From: Candidatus Jordarchaeales archaeon | GTDB lineage: Archaea > Asgardarchaeota > Jordiarchaeia > Jordiarchaeales > Freyrarchaeaceae | Reading direction: 5' to 3' | NCBI GenBank assembly: GCA_038858525.1 | Contig: JAWCFL010000015.1 | Location: 1 to 32,000 of the forward strand | Length of the DNA stretch: 32,000 nt | Part shown: positions 27,629-32,000 of the stretch, piece by piece | Position numbering within the stretch: the stretch's first letter is position 1 | Layout of the letters: every line of letters starts with the position of its first letter | Made by a program: the position numbers and the translations under genes | The notes under the pieces: generated by a model | Seen by the model: only the letters and a program-made list of their open reading frames with translations | Database searches by the model: none | Told to the model about the DNA's origin: nothing

Positions 27629-30154
27629 TTACGCTTCATATTCGAAGCGGGCTATTATTTCGTCTTGTAGGACTTTCGGTAGGTCTACGAATCTGAAGGA
27701 GTATCCGGAGACTTTGACTACCAGGTCGGGGTATTTTTCTGGGTGCTTCTGGGCGTCTAGCAGTGTTTCTTTGCTTAGGGGGTTGAATTGAACCATTCTG
27801 CATCCCAGCTCGAAGGCTGCCTCGATTAAGGATGCAAACTTTTCCAGTCCCTCGCTGCTCTTTATTGTTGCCGGGTTGAGGTTTAGTGTTAGTGATGTCC
27901 CGTCGCTCTGGTTGGCTTTTGACACTACCGCTGCCGATTTCAAAACAGCGGTGAGACCGTTTTTCGCTGTTCCATCCACCGGGTTGATCCCGATCGCGAC
28001 CGGATTGTACGCCAGTCTTCCATCAGGTGTCGCTCCTATCAGTTTTCCTTCTAGGATCTGAGTGCCTGAAACCGAGATAAGGCACGTTCTGTGGGGGCCT
28101 CCCATCCAGCACATTCTTTTTCTTGCCTCTCTGTCGAGGACTTTTGCTGCCCAGAGAGCTAGCTCGTCCACGTATGGGTCGTCGTTTCCGTATTTTGGTG
28201 CTTTAAGTAGAATTTGTCTGACCTCCTCAGAGTCCTTGAAGTTGCTTCTGAGGGCTGATAATAGCTCTTGCATAGTGATGAGTTTCTTGTCGAATACCGC
28301 CCACTTGATTGCGGCTAGTGAATTGGCTATCGTCGCTATTCCCTGAGCGCTGACATTGGAGTGGTTGTATTTGGCTCCCCCACTCGTGAAGTCCTTAGCT
28401 GACTCTATGCATCCTTCAATCGTTGCTGAAAGAATCGGCACCGGGTAGTTTTCTGCGATTATCATGTCTTTTATGTAGGATTTCCTTACGCATAGGTCTA
28501 CCGCGTATTCAATTTGCTTCTCGAAGGCTTTCAGCACGTCCTCGAATCTTTCAAAGTTCGTCGGTGTTTCGGCTCCAACTTGCTTCCAGCCGAGTATGTG
28601 TAGTCGGCCGCCGTTTAAGGCTGCCTCTAAGACGGAGGGCAGCCGGATGCATTGCCCGGAAGTGTATCCGTTGTTGTTTCCGCTTCCCGTTGGCTCCACA
28701 CACCCCACGATCGAATAGTCGCGGGCGTCTTCTATTAGGTAGCCGTCAGCCACGAGGCCTCTAATTATCGTGGTGTCATTGTGGAACGCCACTCCGCCTG
28801 TTACGCGGTAAACTTCCGCTGCTTTAAGCAGGAAGTCGCGTGGGGTGTTGGGTGCGACCCTAACAGCTAGTCCGGTGCGGCCACACCCTCTTAACCTTTT
28901 TAGCGCCTCTATGAATAGGTAACTGACATCATTTACGGCGCAGTTGCCATTTCTGTCAACCCCACCGATGGTTATGTTGTTCGGGCCGAAGTAGATGTCC
29001 TGTGCAACCTTTATGAGGTACTCCATAAGGAGCTCCAGCGCTTTTTCCGGCGTTATTCTGCCACTTTCAACATCTTGCTTGTAGTAGGGGTATAAGTATT
29101 GGTCTACCCTGCCTGGGGCTATTATCATTTCTCCTCCGTATGCTATTGCCATGACGACTTGGGTGAACCAGATGGCTTGTAGAGCCTCAACGAATGTTGA
29201 GGGTGGTTCTGCGGGTACCCGTCTAATTCGTTTAGCGACCTCTAGGAGTTCACGTCTCCTCTCGTCGCCCGCCTTTGATGCTAAGTCTTCAGCAAGCACA
29301 GCAAATCTCTCTGCAAATTCGCAGACAGCTTCAGCAGACACTATCACGGCTTCCAGGAAGTCTTTAGCTTTTTTGAATTCTTCAGAGTCTTCTGGGAGGC
29401 TCTTTCTTAGCTCCTCTAACCTCTCTTGTGCCTGTCGCGCGATCCCCCTGAAGCCTAAGTCAAGCACTTTCTTTGTCCCAATAGTGATATGTCCTTGCAT
29501 CGGCGTAACTGCTACAAGACAATCCATGTCGTATGGCGCTGACCAGATGAACTTGTATTTCTCAACGAACTCGTCTGGAATCTTTATGGGCTCGCCCAGC
29601 AATCCCTCTTCAGCAAATTTCCTCGTTATGAGCGCCGAAACTGACCGCTCCCGCCAGTAGGGTATAATTTCCGTGGTTAACAGTCGAAATTCTTCGTCTG
29701 AGAGGGATTTAGCTAATTCCATTAACCTCTCTGCGGAGAGGCTTCCAATCCCATCCTGGAAAGCCTCCTTAATTTTTTCTGGATTGTTTCGAAACAGCAA
29801 TGGCATCAATATCTCTCTTGAAGCCGGCCCAAATACCTCAACACCTAATGGGATTCCTCCTCTTTTTCCCGCCCAGCAACCCACTATAAGTTCCTCGTCT
29901 TCAATTCTAATACTCATGTTCCTTAATGTTTCACGAAAAGCCATCGCTGCACGCATACAAGGACCTATGGGTTGACTTTCAGTAGCCTTGTACACCCGCG
30001 TATACCACAACATTCTTTCGATGTCGGTTTGAAGCGGCGTATTCAAAACCTTCTCTTTATATTTCCTGATCCTTTCAGGAACGCCGGCTTCTACTTCCTC
30101 TCCCTTTACAACAGTCCCCCTACAAACAGTTTCTACAACTTTTTCCGTTCCCAT
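27629..30154 (-). CDS. Glycyl-radical enzyme (PFL2/dehydratase-lyase-like clade), substrate unknown
   Basis: 841 aa. Cys loop YSIVGCVEP; Gly loop LVVKVSGYS; GRVDQYLYPYY; PKYGNDD; GATPDGR. Confidence 0.95.
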   Translation of the reverse strand: MGTEKVVETVCRGTVVKGEEVEAGVPERIRKYKEKVLNTPLQTDIERMLWYTRVYKATESQPIGPCMRAAMAFRETLRNMSIRIEDEELIVGCWAGKRGGIPLGVEVFGPASREILMPLLFRNNPEKIKEAFQDGIGSLSAERLMELAKSLSDEEFRLLTTEIIPYWRERSVSALITRKFAEEGLLGEPIKIPDEFVEKYKFIWSAPYDMDCLVAVTPMQGHITIGTKKVLDLGFRGIARQAQERLEELRKSLPEDSEEFKKAKDFLEAVIVSAEAVCEFAERFAVLAEDLASKAGDERRRELLEVAKRIRRVPAEPPSTFVEALQAIWFTQVVMAIAYGGEMIIAPGRVDQYLYPYYKQDVESGRITPEKALELLMEYLIKVAQDIYFGPNNITIGGVDRNGNCAVNDVSYLFIEALKRLRGCGRTGLAVRVAPNTPRDFLLKAAEVYRVTGGVAFHNDTTIIRGLVADGYLIEDARDYSIVGCVEPTGSGNNNGYTSGQCIRLPSVLEAALNGGRLHILGWKQVGAETPTNFERFEDVLKAFEKQIEYAVDLCVRKSYIKDMIIAENYPVPILSATIEGCIESAKDFTSGGAKYNHSNVSAQGIATIANSLAAIKWAVFDKKLITMQELLSALRSNFKDSEEVRQILLKAPKYGNDDPYVDELALWAAKVLDREARKRMCWMGGPHRTCLISVSGTQILEGKLIGATPDGRLAYNPVAIGINPVDGTAKNGLTAVLKSAAVVSKANQSDGTSLTLNLNPATIKSSEGLEKFASLIEAAFELGCRMVQFNPLSKETLLDAQKHPEKYPDLVVKVSGYSFRFVDLPKVLQDEIIARFEYEA

Positions 30155-30215
30155 CCTCTCCCTTCATTTATTTCGTATCTTCCTTCCCCCAAGAGAATAA
30201 ACGGTCCTTGGAGGC

Positions 30216-30258
30216 TTAAAAATTTGTTTTTCAATTCTTGACCACTTTGGTTCAACAA
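30216..30258 (-). promoter_or_regulatory. Putative GRE-operon TATA box with an upstream imperfect inverted repeat
   Basis: Minus strand GAAAAACAAA-TTTTTAAG (TATA-like at 30216-30223). Inverted repeat TTcTTGAccactttggtTCAAcAA at 30235-30258. Confidence 0.4.
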
Positions 30259-30318
30259 AGATTTTTAAAGGTAAAACGGCGGTTAGAATAGGAGGAGCTT
30301 AATAAGGGGGAGGGGAAC

Positions 30319-30730
30319 ATGAAAACAGATTTTTTATGTTTTTGGAGGCGTAAGGGCTGACGTGATGTTCTGGTTGTGGTTGATGATTCACTTGACTCAT
30401 TCGAGGTTAGGAGAAGGCTGAGTGACGTGTCTTTAACATCCTCATCGAGGAAGGAGAGCTGATTTCTGTTTTAGCGGTGCCAGAGAGCGTCTTCAGAAAT
30501 TATAAGTCTCCATTCATGCTGAATGTGAAGGAAGAGGGAATAAGGGTATGATTGAACTTTCCCACCTTGTAAGAAAAGGCGGAAAAGTTCTTGGAAATCA
30601 TGAAGCTTGCGTTTAATTCCGGGGACTACGACTCCTGCGTCTCAAGGTGCTACTTATACGACGTTCTTTATTGTTGAGGCTGTTTTGCTTAACAAGGGTT
30701 TGAGAGCAACTTCTAATAAGGGGTCCATGG
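30319..30730 (+). pseudogene. Decayed MNT-HEPN pair
   Basis: MNT fragments YVFGG / DVLVVVDDSLDSFEVRRRLSD / LIEEGELISVLAVPESVFRNYKSPFMLNVKEEGIRV*. ATGA overlap at 30548 into HEPN KAEKFLEIMKLAFNSGDYDSCVSRCY, frameshifted and truncated. Confidence 0.75.
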
Positions 30731-30786
30731 TGGAGAGTTTTTGTTTTTGTGTTGTTTGTTTTGTTTCAGTAAGTTTTTAGGGTTGT

Positions 30787-31299
30787 GTGTTTTTGTTTTG
30801 TGTGGTGGTTTATTTGGTTTTGGGTCCTTATGCGCGTGTTTTGGATAGGCTTGTTGAGTGCCTGAGGGAGCGCTTTAACCTTGTTAGTGTGGTTGTTTTT
30901 GGGTCTGTGGCGAGGGGGGATTTCAGGAGCGATAGTGACGTTGATGTTTTGATTGTGGCTGACAACTTGCCTGACAGGTACGAGCGATTTAAGATTTTCG
31001 ATGACGTGGAGAAGTGCTTGGAGGATGACCTGAATGAATTGAGGAGAGCTGGGTTTAGCGCCTTCATTAACCCGATCATTAAGTCTGTTGAGGAGGCTAG
31101 CAGGGTCTCCCCCCTCTACTTGGACATGGTTGAGGACGCCGTCATACTTTATGATAGGAATGGCTTCTTTGGGAAGGTTCTTGACAGGCTTAGGGGGAGG
31201 CTGAGGGAGCTTGGGGCTAAGCGGGTGCGCTTGGGGAAGAAGTGGTACTGGATTTTGAAGGAAAACTATCGTTTTGGGGAGGTCATAGAGATTGAATAA
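30787..31299 (+). CDS. Minimal nucleotidyltransferase (MNT antitoxin)
   Basis: VVVFGSVARGDFRSDSDVDVLIV (GS...DxD). The true start is probably a few codons downstream. Confidence 0.9.
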   Translation: MFLFCVVVYLVLGPYARVLDRLVECLRERFNLVSVVVFGSVARGDFRSDSDVDVLIVADNLPDRYERFKIFDDVEKCLEDDLNELRRAGFSAFINPIIKSVEEASRVSPLYLDMVEDAVILYDRNGFFGKVLDRLRGRLRELGAKRVRLGKKWYWILKENYRFGEVIEIE

Positions 31300-31717
31300 C
31301 GTGGAGATGGCGGCCTCATACCTGGAGGAGGCCTTGAGAAGAGTTAGGGTGGCTGAGTGGTCTCTCAGTGAGGGGGCTTACGCCTATTGCATCAGGCAGT
31401 CGCAGGAGGCTGTGGAGCTGGCGTTGAAGGCGGCATTGAGAATGGTGGGAGTCGAGCCCCCAAAGTGGCACGACGTCGGCCCGGTCCTACTAGAGAGCCG
31501 TGGACGCTTCCCGAAGTGGTTTGACGAGAAAATAGACGAGCTTGCGTCAACGTCGAGGTGGCTTAGGCGTGAGAGGGAGCCTAGCATGTATGGCGACGAG
31601 GAGAGCGGCCTACCTCCGCAAAGACTTTACACGAAAACCTACGCGGAGAGAGCACTCAACGAGGCGAGAAACACTGTCGAGTTCGTCCGCAGGCTAATTC
31701 GAGGGGGAACCGGGTGA
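31292..31717 (+). CDS. HEPN-domain protein
   Basis: YLEEALRRVRVAEWSL...YAYCIRQSQEAVELALKAALR...PPKWHDVG...LRREREPSMYG. Overlaps the MNT. Confidence 0.9.
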   Translation: MNNVEMAASYLEEALRRVRVAEWSLSEGAYAYCIRQSQEAVELALKAALRMVGVEPPKWHDVGPVLLESRGRFPKWFDEKIDELASTSRWLRREREPSMYGDEESGLPPQRLYTKTYAERALNEARNTVEFVRRLIRGGTG

Positions 31718-31808
31718 CTGAGCTGAGCACTCCCGATGACCTTTCGTCAAAACAAGGACCTATGTTTTTCAGAGAATAAGAAAAAAGGTTGTTTGGCTGT
31801 GTTGCTGG

Positions 31809-32000
31809 TTATTTCTGTTTTTTCTTTGCCACTTTTACAGTTCCTTCGTCCGCGTCTACTATTACGTGGTCTCCTGTTTCTATTGCTTCGAGAGGGTTCT
31901 TATCTAGGTTATCTATGAAGGGTATTTGTGCGAGTATCGCTCCTGTTAGGAGTATTTCTTCGCTTTTCACGTTGATTATGGCTGCCGGCGCTGTGCCACG
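31809..32000 (-). CDS. Aconitase X swivel-domain subunit (DUF126-like), 3' part; 5' end outside the window
   Basis: Manual translation RGTAPAAIINVKSEEILLTGAILAQIPFIDNLDKNPLEAIETGDHVIVDADEGTVKVAKKKQK* (63 codons plus TAA at 31809-31811). Confidence 0.8.
   Translation of the reverse strand, partial: RGTAPAAIINVKSEEILLTGAILAQIPFIDNLDKNPLEAIETGDHVIVDADEGTVKVAKKKQK

Noticed and set aside
1-32000. CRISPR array, tRNA/rRNA, IS elements, integrase/att sites
   Set aside because: No regularly spaced repeats, cloverleafs, transposase or integrase motifs, or boundary repeats were found by eye. Short att sites could have been missed.

Overview
Archaeal window, read as an accessory/defence-rich region. 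Host-like parts are about 50-57% G+C in sampled lines. The archaeal assignment rests on BRE/TATA promoters and MNT-HEPN and AbrB-PIN pairs. A longin-like protein next to multi-TM proteins suggests an Asgard-type archaeon (inference only). Left to right: (1) MNT tail and an FGGY/xylulokinase-family kinase. (2) A tandemly duplicated module of a longin + alpha-helical protein and an ~8-TM membrane protein; the second longin copy is decayed but keeps a 220-bp perfect repeat. (3) A low-GC multi-TM protein with a PLD-like domain. (4) A ~2.2-kb ORF-poor stretch and an MBL hydrolase with one in-frame TGA. (5) Intact and decayed toxin-antitoxin and AAA-ATPase genes. (6) A low-GC (~30%) translationally coupled four-gene minus-strand operon: orphan 505-aa protein, DEAH helicase with Zn finger and coiled coil, DUF1998-like/PLD nuclease fusion, and amino-DNA methyltransferase, trailed by a GT2 pseudogene. 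This is the best candidate for an undescribed DISARM/Dpd-related archaeal defence system. (7) A glycyl-radical enzyme with an atypical active-site region plus its activase. (8) More MNT-HEPN and the 3' end of an aconitase-X swivel gene. No rRNA, tRNA, CRISPR array, integrase or transposase was recognised. All family assignments come from motifs read by eye and recalled family knowledge; no database searches were run.
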